NCBI GenBank assembly: GCA_030141605.1
Contig: JAQGDQ010000012.1
Span: 762,359-826,358 of the forward strand
Direction: 5' to 3'
Length of the DNA stretch: 64,000 nt
Source: Tubiluchus corallicola
Lineage: Eukaryota > Animalia > Priapulida
The notes below the pieces were generated by a model that had not been told where the DNA came from, ran no database searches, and worked only from the letters and a program-made list of their open reading frames with translations. How positions within the stretch are numbered: position 1 is the first letter of the stretch; every line of letters begins with the position of its first letter. A program made the translations under genes and the position numbers. Shown one piece after another: positions 42,801-56,953 of this stretch.

Positions 42801-44461
42801 CACTTACCAGTGTAAATATTTTTGCTCTTTCAATGCCACCTAACCCATGCATAATTTTATACGTTTGTATCAAATCTCCTCTTTGCCTCCTCAGCTCTAA
42901 GATTGTAAGTGAGCACTTTCTAAGCTTCTCTTGATATGACATTTCCTCCATACCTTCAATCATGCTGGTCGCCCTACATTGCACACCCTGTAGAAGCTTA
43001 ATGTCTTTTCTATAGTAGGGATTCCATGCTTGTACACAATACTCTAATTTAGGTCTTACCAAGCTTTTGTACAATTTTATGATTGTCGTGATGCCGCTAA
43101 ATACAAACTGCCTTTTTATCATTCCTAATGTTTAATTAGCACTCTTCACCACCTCAGCACACTGGCTTGCAGATTTCAAGTCATCAGTTACTGTCACACC
43201 AAAATCCTTTTCTTGTCGGACGGATGCCAACTGTAGTCAATTCATGTAATATTCCTTACCAGGGTTGTTGTACCCAAAGTGCATGACCTTTCATTTATCA
43301 ACATTAAAAATCATCTGCTAATCCACACGCTGCCTGCAAAACGCGTCTACATCACTTTGCAACTCACTAGCTTCATGTTCAGATGGTACCTTTCTATAAA
43401 TTTTTGTGTCATCAGCAAATTTGATCAAATTAGCGTGCACAGATGCCTATCACTGATGAAAATTACAAAGAGTAGTGGACCGAGAACAGATCACCGGAAC
43501 ACCACTCTTGACCACTAGAAATGATGACATATGCCCATCAATAACTACTCTTTGTTTCTGCCCAGTCAACCAACACTCAATCCATTTGCCAACTGCCCCC
43601 GATAATGCTATACCATGTGCAGCAAGCTTCTTTAAGAGCCTTTGATGTGATACTTTATCAAAGGCTTTGGCAAAGTTTAAGTAAAAGTAAATAGCATTAA
43701 GTGGCTTACCTTCATTGATAGCCAATGTAACATCATCCAAAAAAGTTAACAGGTTGGCTAAGCATGACCGGCCTCGTATCCATGTTGAGAGTCTCCTACC
43801 AAACCATGTTGCTCTAAATGTCCTACTATTCTTTCCCTCAACAGTTTCTCAAACAATTTACAGATTTGGGGATATTGGACAATAATTTCTAGTCAAAATC
43901 TTACTTCCCTTTTTGAATATTGGAGTCACATTGGTACATTTCCAATCAAGCTGAGTCCACCTATGAATTCACACACCACGTATCTATGTGACTTCTTTGT
44001 CAATGGTAGTAAAGTACCGTACACCATAGTAGAAGGCCAGCAGTCACTTCTGATTATGTATTTATTGCACAGGTGATTAGACAGGTGATTTTTGTGACAT
44101 GATAACAGAAGAGTCCACATTGTCACACATGTCGCTACCAATGGCAGACAACAAACAAAGTCTCAAAATACATACAACACAACTAACCATGGTCTTTATT
44201 TGTTGTGGAGATCACTGGCATCTATTAGAACTACATGGAACATTGTAGAATGTTCCATTGGAATAATCGTCTTACTGCGTGGAACGTTCTGGAACAAAAC
44301 TTCTGGAAGCTTCTTGGGCGCGCTGTATAAGGCGAAGCAGGCCGCTGAGAGGGGAGCATACGGATGCCACTTACACATTCTCTTGTATACTTACATTTTC
44401 TGATACACTCAAACGTTTTCCAGATTTTCACGTTTAGTGTAATCATTTCGCGTTCCTTCAT
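33868..44461 (-). CDS. GATB: Glutamyl-tRNA(Gln) amidotransferase subunit B, mitochondrial (GatB/PET112)
   Basis: Phase-consistent exons: 42232-42091 ([22 protein letters not shown]), 41469-41356 ([12 protein letters not shown]), 40984-40780 ([21 protein letters not shown]), 40534-40412, 39790-39677 ([19 protein letters not shown]), 39300-39216, 38918-38795 ([17 protein letters not shown]), 38202-38092, 37368-37235, 36693-36615, 36040-35996, 34925-34836, 34014-33868. The transit-peptide exon(s) are unresolved, probably near 44190-44461, so the upstream boundary is a guess. Confidence 0.92.
42560..43930 (-). mobile_element. 5'-truncated, frameshifted CR1-clade LINE (reverse transcriptase C-terminal part) in a GATB intron
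   Basis: ORF fragments contain [67 protein letters not shown] and [14 protein letters not shown], all typical of CR1 ORF2. Multiple stops and frameshifts. Confidence 0.92.
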
Positions 44462-47400
44462 AGTTTTGTGTTGTAGAATTCTCGCTTAATAAAGTAGTTT
44501 AATTTGATGAAGTGGTTTCTGGTTTTCTCTATGAGCCAGGACTATGATTCCCCATTGGTAGACAGTTAGTGGTTATACTGTACATTTGCGGTCTTGGAAA
44601 GTCAGAGCGCCTCTGTGGTGTAATGCTTACCATAGCTATCCAGAACGCAGAGGGTACTACACTACAGTTCTACCGACTACGCAAATTAGTGTCCTAGGGT
44701 GAAAGGGAAAGTTGGGCAACGCGTTATGTTCTAGCTTTATGCTTTACCACATGTACTTACTCCGGAGACAATGCTGGTTTACTGATAGTCTTTGAACACT
44801 TATGACGTTTTGTTATTAATCTTCCGTGACAACAGAATGCAGTACATGAGAAAAACAATTTATTAAAACTATTCGCACAAGAGAAAACATTATACAACGG
44901 GGCTGACATGTTTAATAAATTCAGTGATTGGTTGCGCCATCTCTTAGATATGATGCAAAACTTGTCAAAAAAGTAAACTTCTTTCCTTCTTGAAGCAAGT
45001 CACTCAGGTAACTATCATCTCTGATTCAGATATATATATAATTATAATAATTTATTTGCCTTCAAAATAATAATCACGGAATAGCATACCAGAATGAAAG
45101 TGAGGTAACATTAAAAGAAATTTGAAGTTTTAGCTGAACTTGATAAACTTCTTTAGCATATCCTCACTTACAAACAATAACAAATTACACGAAAAAGCAT
45201 CCACCACTTAACTAAATGAAATCCGAATTTTGAAGGAAAGTCAGCAGTCGCAATTGTAAGCTTCGAAGCACTTAATATACAATTAGAAATCAATTACAAA
45301 AGAAATTGTGACTATTGTATCCCATTAAACCAGTCCACCTACAATGTCTTTGAAAATTGTGGTGCAATAATAAGCAATTAAACACACAAAAGTCAATGCC
45401 AGCTTCTGCAGCTGGCTCTTGAAAGGCTTAGTGAAAGACTCAGTGCGAGTGTTTCTTAAAGTGAATAAGGTTTCATCATTAAAAATCAGTTAATCACATA
45501 AGACATTGAACATTCTAAATCAGTATCGCATTGTTTACTACAGGAGACCCGATGAAGTTCAACGCATTTGCCTAGTCCCTGGATGATGTTGACTGCTATT
45601 TCTTGTTCGAAATCCTTGTTTCTAGGATGTCGATGTCTTGGCTTACATAGGTAGTATAGTCTAACAGTAGACATTATAAAGGAGTAGAACAACACGAGAA
45701 TCTGATGATGTTGAAATGATTGTTTTACATTACATATGTATTAGATTAGTAGCTGATTGCATTTCTTCACATTACTGGCAATATAGCTACAGAAGAGCAA
45801 ATGACGTGTCGGTAATTTGACAAATATCTTCACTTACTGCCACTGGATTACAAACTTTGTTATAAAGAATTAAGATGGTATTTTTAATTTAATGGTTAAG
45901 AGGATCTAACGTTTTGGTTGTTTAGATAGCTGACATATAGTAGTAATCTCAGCTGCAAGTCGGGGCACTCAACCACATTTGCATAGCAATACGCATTAAC
46001 ACTATGTTGCCCACTGTAAGTTAACGACTAATCATTAGACATGGCAGGGTCTACTTATTACGTTATTTGTGGTAGGACTGGAACCTATTTATTTATTAAG
46101 GCTAATTCCTTAAATTGATCACTGAAGTGGCATTGTGTCTTACTCACATTTGGATGTACATACATCCTATGGCAGATGGAATCCTGGCATAAGTGGTCAC
46201 CCTTTCACTTACTAACTAGACCCAACTGTGCTTAGTTGCATTTGTTAAGCACATTCTTGACAATTCGTCTATTTCCTTGGCTAGATTGCTTTTTTCGTAA
46301 TTTTGTTTTTCATTAAAATCTGGTAGGTAGTAGTCTTGCTTTTGCACAAGACAGGACAGTACGGTTGCCACACGTTTCTTTGCCATCTCTGCAGCTGGGT
46401 GAGCAACATTTATTAGTACTTCGAAAAACAATGGAAAGTTTATTTTGGTGCATTTCTCATCAAATGGATTTTTTTGGGACTTCGATGGTTACTAGACAAA
46501 GTTCACAAGAACAGTTTGTCCAAGTCAACAAATATTTTGAAACACATTATGGTAACCATGTTATATCCAACTTATACATATTTAATAAACAAAAAATATT
46601 AATTTTAATAAACTTTTAGTAAAAAATGTTTATTATTCTTGAAAGTTCGTATGTACAAAATATGCTATCGTTAATTTCATTTTAAAAGGATGCACAAATT
46701 TTTATGTTCAAGAACACATTTTTAACTGTTCCTTTGATCAAGACCGTTTGCTGGTTTATAGGAAAGGAAAACTGAAAAAAAACTGCATTGGTCGGTTCAA
46801 AGATCATGTAACTGCTAAGTTTGATGGCTATGAATAAAAAGGAAAATAGAGTCAGTATTAATGCTTGTGGTAAAGTTAAGGTTTCACATTATTTCTTAGT
46901 ATTAGCTGGTTTCTAGTATTTGGCAAATAAAGCAAGATATCAGAGTGGGGTACAAGGTATTGTTTGTATGTCAGCTGAGTTTGCCGGTTACTGTATGAAA
47001 AAAATGAAACAAAAAAGAGAGCCTTCAATTCCAATAATGTCAGCACAAAATTTGCTATGAATGCATAGTATGCACATCTATAATATATGAAAGCTGGGTA
47101 GGTTTCAAGTACCTGATCAATTAATTAGTAAGAGAAAAAACTGAAAGCTGAAATTACTGCTCAAGACATCAGCTGGCTGCGACTACGAAATTTCGATGAC
47201 ATCAGGTATTGTTAAAAGTTGGCAAGGCTACTTGCTTTTTCCCATGACCACTAAAATTGGTGGCAATTTAGAAAGTGAGTTATAAAAAGCTTTGGGCAAA
47301 TGTGCACCACCTCAAAATTCTAGTGAGTGTCTTTTTAAAAGTTAAAGATTTTGTGCAAAAGTATACAAAAAATACATATAAAAGCATATTCAGATGTGGT

Positions 47401-48492
47401 AAACATGCAGACAGACTAGGAAAAAGTAATTTGCTGTACTGAGGTCTTGTATGTATAAAAAATGCATAAAAAGCAAGCAGAAGACAAACGATATGTGATA
47501 GCTAAAACACAAGATAATGCGGTCTACTGAATCTACAGACATGTGCACAAATAAAATACAATGCATAACCTGAAGGGAAAAAAGTCCAAGGTCGTCAGGT
47601 AAAAACTCCAAGCAGCAGCTATCATTAAAATTTTGCATTCTCCAATTCTAAAATAAACGCTGTGCAAATACCGGATAGATGAACTTATTCAAAATTAAAA
47701 TCTTATGGAAATTTTATGTTTAGTGCACACGCAATGCTCTGAAACATCAAGCGACTAACAAACAAATCTGTCGACTTTGGACTCTCTTTCGTTTTTTCAT
47801 TTCACAATAGATGGTAAATTTAAAACCAAATGCCAAAAGAAAATTGTGTATATATTTAAGAAAACACTGCTGTTCTTCAAATGCCGTTGTGTATTAAAAG
47901 AACAGCAGTATCTGGAAAACATGATGGCAATACAAATAAATTTCAATAAAACATGTAAAATCATATAAAAATGGACTGGTTATATCCTTTATCATGAACA
48001 ATTGGCACAAAGTCTTGTTAAATTAATCATCTACACCGAGACCTGATGTCCGACAATGTGGCTGCTTGGTTGCAACTTGGCATTCCAACAATGTACATGA
48101 AAACATTGGAATGATTTGCTGCATGTAAACATTTTGCTGAAACTATAGGGGTATACATAAATACAACTAGAACAGTATGTTTTAGATTTAAAATTTGCAG
48201 AATGCGAATCTTAACTCATGCCATTATAGCAGAGACTTCCCATAACTTCCATTTTTTGGAAACAGGTCTATTCGGTAGAAATTTAGCATGATAGAATGTC
48301 TGCCACATGGTAGAAATTATGCCACAACACTGGGATTGTAAAATCAGGCCATCGTGTTAAATCATTATTATTCTTGTTTCATCAGTCACAGAACAGTGAT
48401 CAATCATTACCAATCATCACAAATCATTCGGCAGTGCCGAAACTTGCACAATTTTGCTTTGGTAGCTCTAAACGTCATATTCGATTTGCACC

Positions 48493-51400
48493 TCACATGC
48501 TTGGAACAGACGATGGAGGTAGTAACGAAGAAACACCGTAATATCTGAAAAAGTAGTAGTGGAGTCATTAAAAAATATCTTTTGCAATAAAAAACTTAGC
48601 ATTTGTGAAGCTCTTTAATTTAACAAATGCTGTGAATAGCCAACATAGACCAAAGTCCATAGAACAGATAGCTCATGAGACTGGAGTGCTAAAACATTAG
48701 CCCCTTCTCATAGTCAGTGCAGCTTATGGCTTTTAAACTCAACTGATATCTACTAATTTACCCTGAAACAATGCAGGCACTTTATTTTCTGATCCTTAAA
48801 TGGAAAATAGTTCTACTTCTTAACTTCTTATAGCTCTTTTCACCCAAATAAAAATGAGCTGATTTCAGTGAGCTTTGTTACGCATGTAAACAAAGTGCAA
48901 TTACTAACATAATTATATTTTGCCTTATAAGGAGTGCTGAGAACTCCTCAGAAACAGGCAAACTTCACATTAAAAACAGCACATTGAACGTGACTTGCTC
49001 TGTATGAAAGATACCTAAACAGACAAACATGGTAATTCTAAACTTCTGGTACAATAACACCAATTACAGCTTACGTTGATGACTTATATTTATCACGCAC
49101 AGCTTGCTGCGTCAACCCTGGTGCATTACACCATGCTTTGTACACATCTTGTAGACAAGGTCCTGCCATACTGATAGTGTACCCACTGAAGTCCGCCACG
49201 CTGCTGGGCTGTAAAAGTAAAGTGTGACGTAGGCTTAACAAGGCTACTGTTAGGCATTTTCATAAAACATCTAATTACATGACAGTATGATAATACTGTA
49301 TTAATTTGACGATTTAAGAATTTTGCCTATAATTTTTTATTGTGACCAGTAAGTTTGGACATTTTTCGATGAATTTTATAAACTTTGGAAGTAGGGAGTC
49401 TTTATATTAAGGACAGGAAGTCCACATGACTGGAGTAGTTTAAACTAAAATACTCAAGGACCCAACCAAATAAAGAAGTTGTTAGCACACAGCAAAAAAA
49501 AAGTAACCTGTTTTGAAGTGACAATAAAGTAACAATATCACATCCAATTGGAGGCTTTGCATTAATTAACAGTTACACTTGCAAATTACAATACTTGTTA
49601 TGTCATGTCGTGCAGTGGCTACAGCTATTACTAAGATGATTTTATTTATCTAATTTAAATCCTCATTTTGCAATGCCTCCTTCAAACGTTATTGTTCTTT
49701 TTCCAAAAAGGTAAGCTAGTCATTTTTATGTAACTGGTTCAGAGTGGCAAGAATACAGCATTAAAAATGTTGGAATGTGTCACACACCTACAATTAGTAA
49801 TTGTAATTGTTCGCTGTCAAGTATAAGGAAGTTTTCCAACCAAAAAGGTAATCAATATTTAGTGGTGATTCAACTTCAGATTACTAAAACACATTAAATC
49901 AAATGAAATTTGTACATAGTGAAAGCTCTATCCTTCACAGTGACTGACTGAAAAATCTCCACAGTGACTGACAAGCTACTATGAATACATGATTGGAAAC
50001 AATTATTAGTACAGTAACTAGCCATCTGCTACGGAATCTCAAATTTACATAAGCAAACGCAAAAAGGCCATCTTCAGGACAACTTACCCAAGTCTCACAA
50101 CCTAGTGAGTGATTAGCCAACATAACCGTTGAAGCTGCGAGTGTTGATGGCAAGTATTTGATATATATGTCAGCGTCAAGTAGTGTCAATTCACACAAGT
50201 ACTAGAATAAGAAACGAGCTAAAAATTACCACATTATCAATGAATAACACATTAATCGCTAAAACTAGTATTTCAGTCATAAAAAACATTCAAATTGTGC
50301 ATAAAATTATGTATGTGAGGTTTGCGGGACTTTTTAACAAGCCAAATGCTTTTTCTCTAGCATTTTGTCACACAAACTTAACTATGACCAACCTATAAAT
50401 CACTTTCTGTTTGATAAGTGTACTAACTACACTATCATCTCTGAAAAAAACAACAATACATAAATTATATGCAGACAATTTATTAGTCATACCATAGCTA
50501 GAGCTTCCACTTGTTCACAGCTGTTACACAGCAGGACAAACCTCTGAAGGAAGCACAGTGGAGTAGCAATAGCAACATCAAATGATAGCACCTTCAGTAT
50601 TAAGTGTTCCATTCGTAATACCTGTAATCAAGACACACAATGGTGGGTGGAATCTTTTATTTAAATTACTAGTTAAAAATGTCACGTATCATTTACTTTG
50701 CTCAGCAATCAACTTCTAAATGATTATTTTATTTGCTTAAAAATTAATTCAATTTTAATGCTGAAGAAACAATCATTTTTTAAAAGAAAATACTCAAAAT
50801 ATGCAGCAATACCAGCCAAGGTTGAAATTGACCTGTACAATGAACCTCAGGATGCCTATTTTCCAAAGAGGCCACTAATCACGCTGTATGATAAGACTGT
50901 AGTTGTTTAACTAATCAAATATTAGTATTAGATAAATATAGTGAAGTAAAAACCAAGCCATTACTACCTGAATTTCTGGTAATAGTCATCACTTACAAAC
51001 AGAAAACTTCGTCTTCAATCTAGGATGGAACAAATTTCAAAGGAAAACGAAAAAATATTCTTTTGCCCAAAACCAAGAGAAATCATTAAACACAACTTTC
51101 CAGTCTGCATACTTACTTCAGTTTATCTCATAAATTTCAACCTGCTGCTAAGACGATGTGAATTTTTATTTGACCAGATAGGCACACAGCCAGAACCCCT
51201 TATATCAATAAGGTGTAAATATTTTGTCATATAAGCATGGGTGATTTTCAGGTATGATTATCAGGTCTCAGGTCTGCTGGAGTGCTATTTTGGCATGTAG
51301 CCTCCAGGGTCACTTTAATACCTTCTAAAGAGACCCAGATCGGAACTAACAAATACCAGATGGTGTTAATTTCATAGTCTATGATCCGAGCTCATATTTG

Positions 51401-54400
51401 ATAATGCCAGATATTTCAAGTAGTATCGGATGCCTGTAAAACACCTCAACGTAGGATCAAATTAAAACCTGGATCAAACAAATACCAGCTGAAATCAAGT
51501 GTAAATGGCCGCCTTTCAATCCTGGATCATAAAAATAACAAGGGCAGACACGTTAAGTGGTATTGGTCAGATGACTAGCTAAAAGTATGATTGTCTGAAT
51601 TCATGACTGACATATCCCAATTTGGTCTTATATTTAGGGCATCTGGTTGGTACCAAGTGCTAATAAACAGTGACTCGATTCTTCACTTTGCCAAATTTAA
51701 TTCAATTTCAATTACCTGTTTTTGTGTATATGTGTCATCTGTAATGTAGACAAATTCTTTTACATCAGGTGGATAAATTTCTTCATATTTCCTAAAAACA
51801 ATTAATCAAAATGCCTTTATTTTAAAATAATACAATAATAATGAAGTGAAAAAATTTGACAACACGATGTTAAAATTAACATGAAAGAGTTAAGACAGAC
51901 ATGGCATCACATGATTAATACACTGTTACATTATTCACATAATATAAAGACACCCAAAATGAGTACTAATTGCCAAGTACTGCAAACAAGAGCACTGGAA
52001 CGGTCCCTCTAGATTCTGAAAAAATAGAAAATGCAATAAAAAATGTAAAACTGCATATTGAGTATTTTAGATTGTAGAAAGATTGTGTGATGGTGGTTCT
52101 TGCTTTGACTTGAATACAAAAATGCTGATGTTACTGCCAGTTTTGCGATGTCATTTTTAAAAATTTGTTGCAATCAATCATGATTGTCATCAGAAACATA
52201 ACCTGTAGCTCTAATTTCAAGTGCATAAAATAACATTTTATATTTATTTGCTAACACAGTCAAACTTTGTTATAACGCCAGGTCTGGACACCACTAATTA
52301 TAGCGCTACAGCGGGGTTGGCGGTAAGATGAGGTTCATTAAATATCAAAGCCATTCTGCTGTGTAGCCTCTATTTTGTTTCCTAGTTAATTTTAATATGT
52401 GATAATATAGTATAATATTATTATATCTACAAGAATAGAAGTGTTATTATGTTGTATGTTTTTGCCGCATTAACAATGCAGGTGAGTTCTACAATGGTAC
52501 ATTGTAAAACTTTTAGCTAACATAACATGGAGAAGCAATCTTGTGAAATGCTGGTTAATTAGTCTACTCGCACGCTACTGCTGATAAGAGAAATATGCAG
52601 CCATGCTGCCCAAGCACACTCCCAAAGCGGACAATTAAGACTTTAAATAGCCACGGCATATAACTTGACTTTGAGCTTTTACGGCCATTAAATTCACATC
52701 GGCTCAGTACTGAAGCTTAGCTACACAACTCTTGCACTCTTAAAATGCACGTTCCTTGCTCAAAGACTCAGTATTCACTTTCATACAGCAACGTGCAACA
52801 AGATCTAAATCTTAATTTAAACACCATAATTGCTTTTCTGTTCAGAGATCATTGTTTTTACAAGTGACCGTTTTACTACAACACAATAGCTGTTTTTCAA
52901 CAGCAATTCATTGTACATTATCTTGGCTGGCATTATAACTGGGTAAACTCATTATATAAAATAGACTTTTGGCACGGCAGAGACATTGGCTGATAGCAGT
53001 AGGCGAGGTTGGCGGTATTCCCTATACTTAATATATTATGGAAGTCGGGACAGAGCAAAAGTTGTCATTATGATGAGGCCGGCGTTATAATGGGGGTGGG
53101 GGTTGCCAAGGTTCGACTGTGTGGGCATGTGGCAAAATAAACTTACTATTACTGCAAATCTGCTTGCTAAAAAAATGTTCCACTGCAGTATTTCGTTTTC
53201 AGTAGTAACTGTGAGTAAAGCCGAAGTCTTATTTTCTGATATTCTTAAAACTTTGCTGATTTCGAAATAAAGACGACGCTAACACTTAACAGCAATATAT
53301 CACAATGATTCACAATTACCGATATTGATAATTATAACTTGGACAAATTACAACCAGAAGCATCACTTGGAACAACACATAAATGCAAAGAATACAAGCA
53401 GTAAAAAATAATCATCGATGGGTTAATCTATTTAAAGACCGAAATGTGACCTACGCTGCCAGGAACATGCTTGCAGCACCAACTAGCTGTAGCTTTCCTC
53501 TCAACACTGACATTTGAGAAAGAAAGCGGTCAATGTACGACACGGCAAGATACAGAGTTTCGGTGTGCAGCTGATATTCCTGTGCCACTTCCACTAACCA
53601 GTCAACTAGGATGCAGCGCATGTTGTGTGTAATGTCAGGCTGCTTGCGCATGTACCCATACCTTGGCTGTTGCTTCTTCTGTAATAGGAGAAACCCAGCT
53701 AAGTTATAATTATGTGCAAGCACAACAAATTTATACTTTATAATTTATTATATTAGCATAAAAATATATCTGACCGACTGACTCAAATATGCACTAAATA
53801 AACAAACGTTGCATCTTGCAAAGAACAAAAAAAAAATGAAATTTAAGTTAATTTTTGGGTCAAGAAGTTTTTTGCACATACTGAATGCTAAGATGTTGAT
53901 GGTACAATGTCATTATCACTGTGCCACCAATTGGTAAAAGAAAGTTTTAGTTTCTACCTACAGTGATAAACTGTGCAAGAGCTAGTGTGTCCTCGGGAGA
54001 AACAAATTGACAAGTTGAATATTAGTTACAACACAAGTTAAAAAAGCTTCTCTTATTCAAGTTTGCAACTAGCAGCTTGATGCATAAAAACATAACACTA
54101 CATTTAACTATACCTCGGTTTGTTTCAAGTACGTGTAGATTTCTTCTGCATAATCTGGCACATTAAGTATGATATCATTTCGCTCTCTTTTCGACAGTTC
54201 TAACTGATGACTTTGAGATTCAATGGAGCTGTCCAATACCATAGGAGAATCTGAAAAATAATTAAAAACGAGAGGATTTGAAATAAGGTACTTAAATGAT
54301 CGTAGCTCATAAATAAATTTAGACATACAATTATTGCTTTCAAAAGCTATCAAAAAATACATTTGAAAATTAGAAACTACACAACATTTATAAATTTTTA

Positions 54401-56088
54401 AAAAGGAAAAAGACAGTGGTAGGTAAGTGAAATACTTTTTACCTGAACTGATATCGATTTCCTCGTACTCAATAGGCTGTAATATGGTTTCTGGCACACT
54501 ACTGGTGCTTGCAAGAGGCAAGTTTGTAACAACTGGATGTAACTCTAGCTCCTTATCATCTACTGAAAAGTTGTCATGAGGCGCTAGCCTTTCAGCAGCA
54601 ACACCTTTTTCTGACTTATCACTATATATATGATATGCCTGCAAGCTCGATGACATCTGTGCTTGCTTTCCGGTATGGCCATATGAATTTTCATCTTGCC
54701 CATCAAAATATGTCTGGAAGATAGAGAAACTATATATATATAGTTTCAACCTAAATAAACAGCTAACAAAAGGAACAAGAAATGCATTCTCTGAAGTACA
54801 TGGTACAGTATGGTACTTTGCAGACCATCACACTGCTTGCTTATATAAGATACTTAAGGAAAACTGGATCCTCTTTGTAGTTCAAAAACATCCTTTTTTG
54901 AACAAAAAAACAAAATCTAATGAGGGTTGAAAAGGCCTGAAATCACACAAGTAGAACACTCACGAAGAAGCACTATTTCCAAATACAAATATCATTCTAG
55001 GCCATGACATGTTAAAAATACGCACATATCCAACGACCTGAACTCATAAGGGGCTAGAGAAATTTATACGAGATGAAATTAATTTCATAGATGGTCTTAT
55101 AAGAACAGGTTTTAAAAAAGTAGTGGGTGGGTGTGTATTGGAAGAAACTATACTTTCTGAGAGCTGTATGGCTTCCTAAAAATTTAATAACAAAGTTGAA
55201 CCAAAGCCCTAAAGTTACATAGCTGTAGGGACTAGAGAAACATTTCTCAATCAGGGAGATTTTCCTCAAAGGGGATCTTTAGCTTTTCAATGGGTAGAAG
55301 GAGAAGAGGACCACAGGCTAGCAGACTCAAATTGTTGGAACATAATATTGATCTTCTACAAACTACAATATTCTACAAATTACACAAATTATATAATATT
55401 TATAAATAATCTAAACTAAAGAACATCACAAATCATAGGCCAATTTAAAAACTGGTACTTTATCCAAGTTTTAAGATTCATCAACAATTTCTATTCAATC
55501 TATTGCTATTAAATTTACAAGTAAAATCCACTACAAAAACAGTCTACTATAAAATAAATTTAGAATGACCAGAATTAAACAATCTTGAAAAGAAAGGTGA
55601 TATTCTGGCATATTATAAAAAAGACTACAGGGCCATTGGCCAATGCATCAAAACATCTGACAATCTTGGAAAAAATTGGGGAAATGCATTAAAAATTTTG
55701 AACAAGTGGCAGCAAAAGGACAGACATCGGACAAAAAAGTTGCACTAGAGAAACATAAAAGATGACATTGCTGCCCGACAGCTTGTCACAATTTCATAAA
55801 TAAAGAACTACAAAATAAGCAAGCGAAAAACGACTAGATGACTCTTTAAACCACCTCATTATAATCATATATCATACTCATAGTTTCTCTGTCAAAACTG
55901 ACCTGTTGCTTGGCAGCTCTTGTCGGCTGAACTCTTGTTATATTATTCGTTATTGTGCCCAGAGCTGGCCTCTTGGTGGCTTGGGCTAATGCTGATCTGT
56001 TGGAATGATCGTCTCTTTTCGTTTTTCGGAATCCTGGGCCATTGTTTTCTAGATCATGAATTTGATTTCCATAACCGTTGGCCGCCAT
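48493..56088 (-). CDS. CCNA: Cyclin A, 440 aa, 9 coding exons
   Basis: Exons 56088-55903, 54713-54443, 54250-54114, 53678-53455, 51791-51716, 50621-50493, 50201-50088, 49208-49075, 48544-48493 (1323 nt). D-box [12 protein letters not shown] motif, and cyclin box [58 protein letters not shown]. Confidence 0.96.
52257..53119. mobile_element. Old pogo/Tigger-like MITE in a cyclin A intron
   Basis: Left end cagtcaaactttgttataacgcc; right end reverse complement cagtcgaaccttgg...ttataacgcc. Subterminal repeat gttggcggta. A TA TSD is not preserved. Confidence 0.5.
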
Positions 56089-56299
56089 GTTCCTTTAACC
56101 TCGTCAAAAGTGCTCCTAAAACAATAAATGATAGACTTCAAATTCTTTATTTTCGAGTGAAATCTGTGAAGTAAAGCATTCACAACGTATACATTGACAT
56201 TTCGTCACAAATACGAAAAAGAATTCTTAATTTAGAACGTACCTTTCTAAGTAATTTTTTGTGCAAACGTAACGCTTGTAATTTTCCAACAGCTGAGCT

Positions 56300-56415
56300 T
56301 CCAATGAATGTTGAATGCGCCGCGACAGTCAATTTCAGCCAATCAGAAAAGTGTATTCGTACCACGTGGTAAACAGGATCGTAATAAAGCTGGTAAACAG
56401 GATCGTAATAAAGCC
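56300..56415 (-). promoter_or_regulatory. Putative cyclin A promoter: two CCAAT boxes, CDE/CHR-like element, E-box, duplicated forkhead motif
   Basis: CCAAT at 56301 and 56339; TTGAA-tgcg-CCGCGA at 56311-56325; CACGTG at 56363; GTAAACA twice in a 24-bp tandem repeat. It lies upstream of a probable 5'-UTR intron (~56116-56242, AAG|gtacgt ... ttttag). Confidence 0.55.
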
Positions 56416-56953
56416 AACGCGTCAGGAAACTCGTTTGTTTTCGGCTGATTGTGAATGTTAACTAAATAATTAAACCCCAATATTCACTATAATTAATTTA
56501 TAACAAAAGTAAATAGAACCAGAATTTTTTTCGATTAATAAAATACCTGACACACTTTTTTAAAAAACTTCATAGAAAGTAACTGACTCACTCCAGTTAC
56601 ATTCATCACATTACTGTAATATTAGTATTGCGCGCACAATCAACAAAATAATTTATCATAATCTTTTTAAATATATACAGCATTATTTCTCTTTCTATTT
56701 AAATAACAAAAAATAATTAATCTGGTCTGATAAACCCAGTTGTTAATCTATACCTGTTAAATCATTCAAAGTGTTCAAGAACTGTAAACTACTGTTTTTT
56801 GACACTGCTACTTTCTTTCACACAAAGCTGGTAAACATACCGGGTGGCACAATATCAATGCTAAAATTCATGTTCTTTCTTAACGTCACTAGTTAGATTT
56901 CGTTTCACATAATATTTTGCTAAATTATTTATGGTGTTGTTATTCATTTATTC

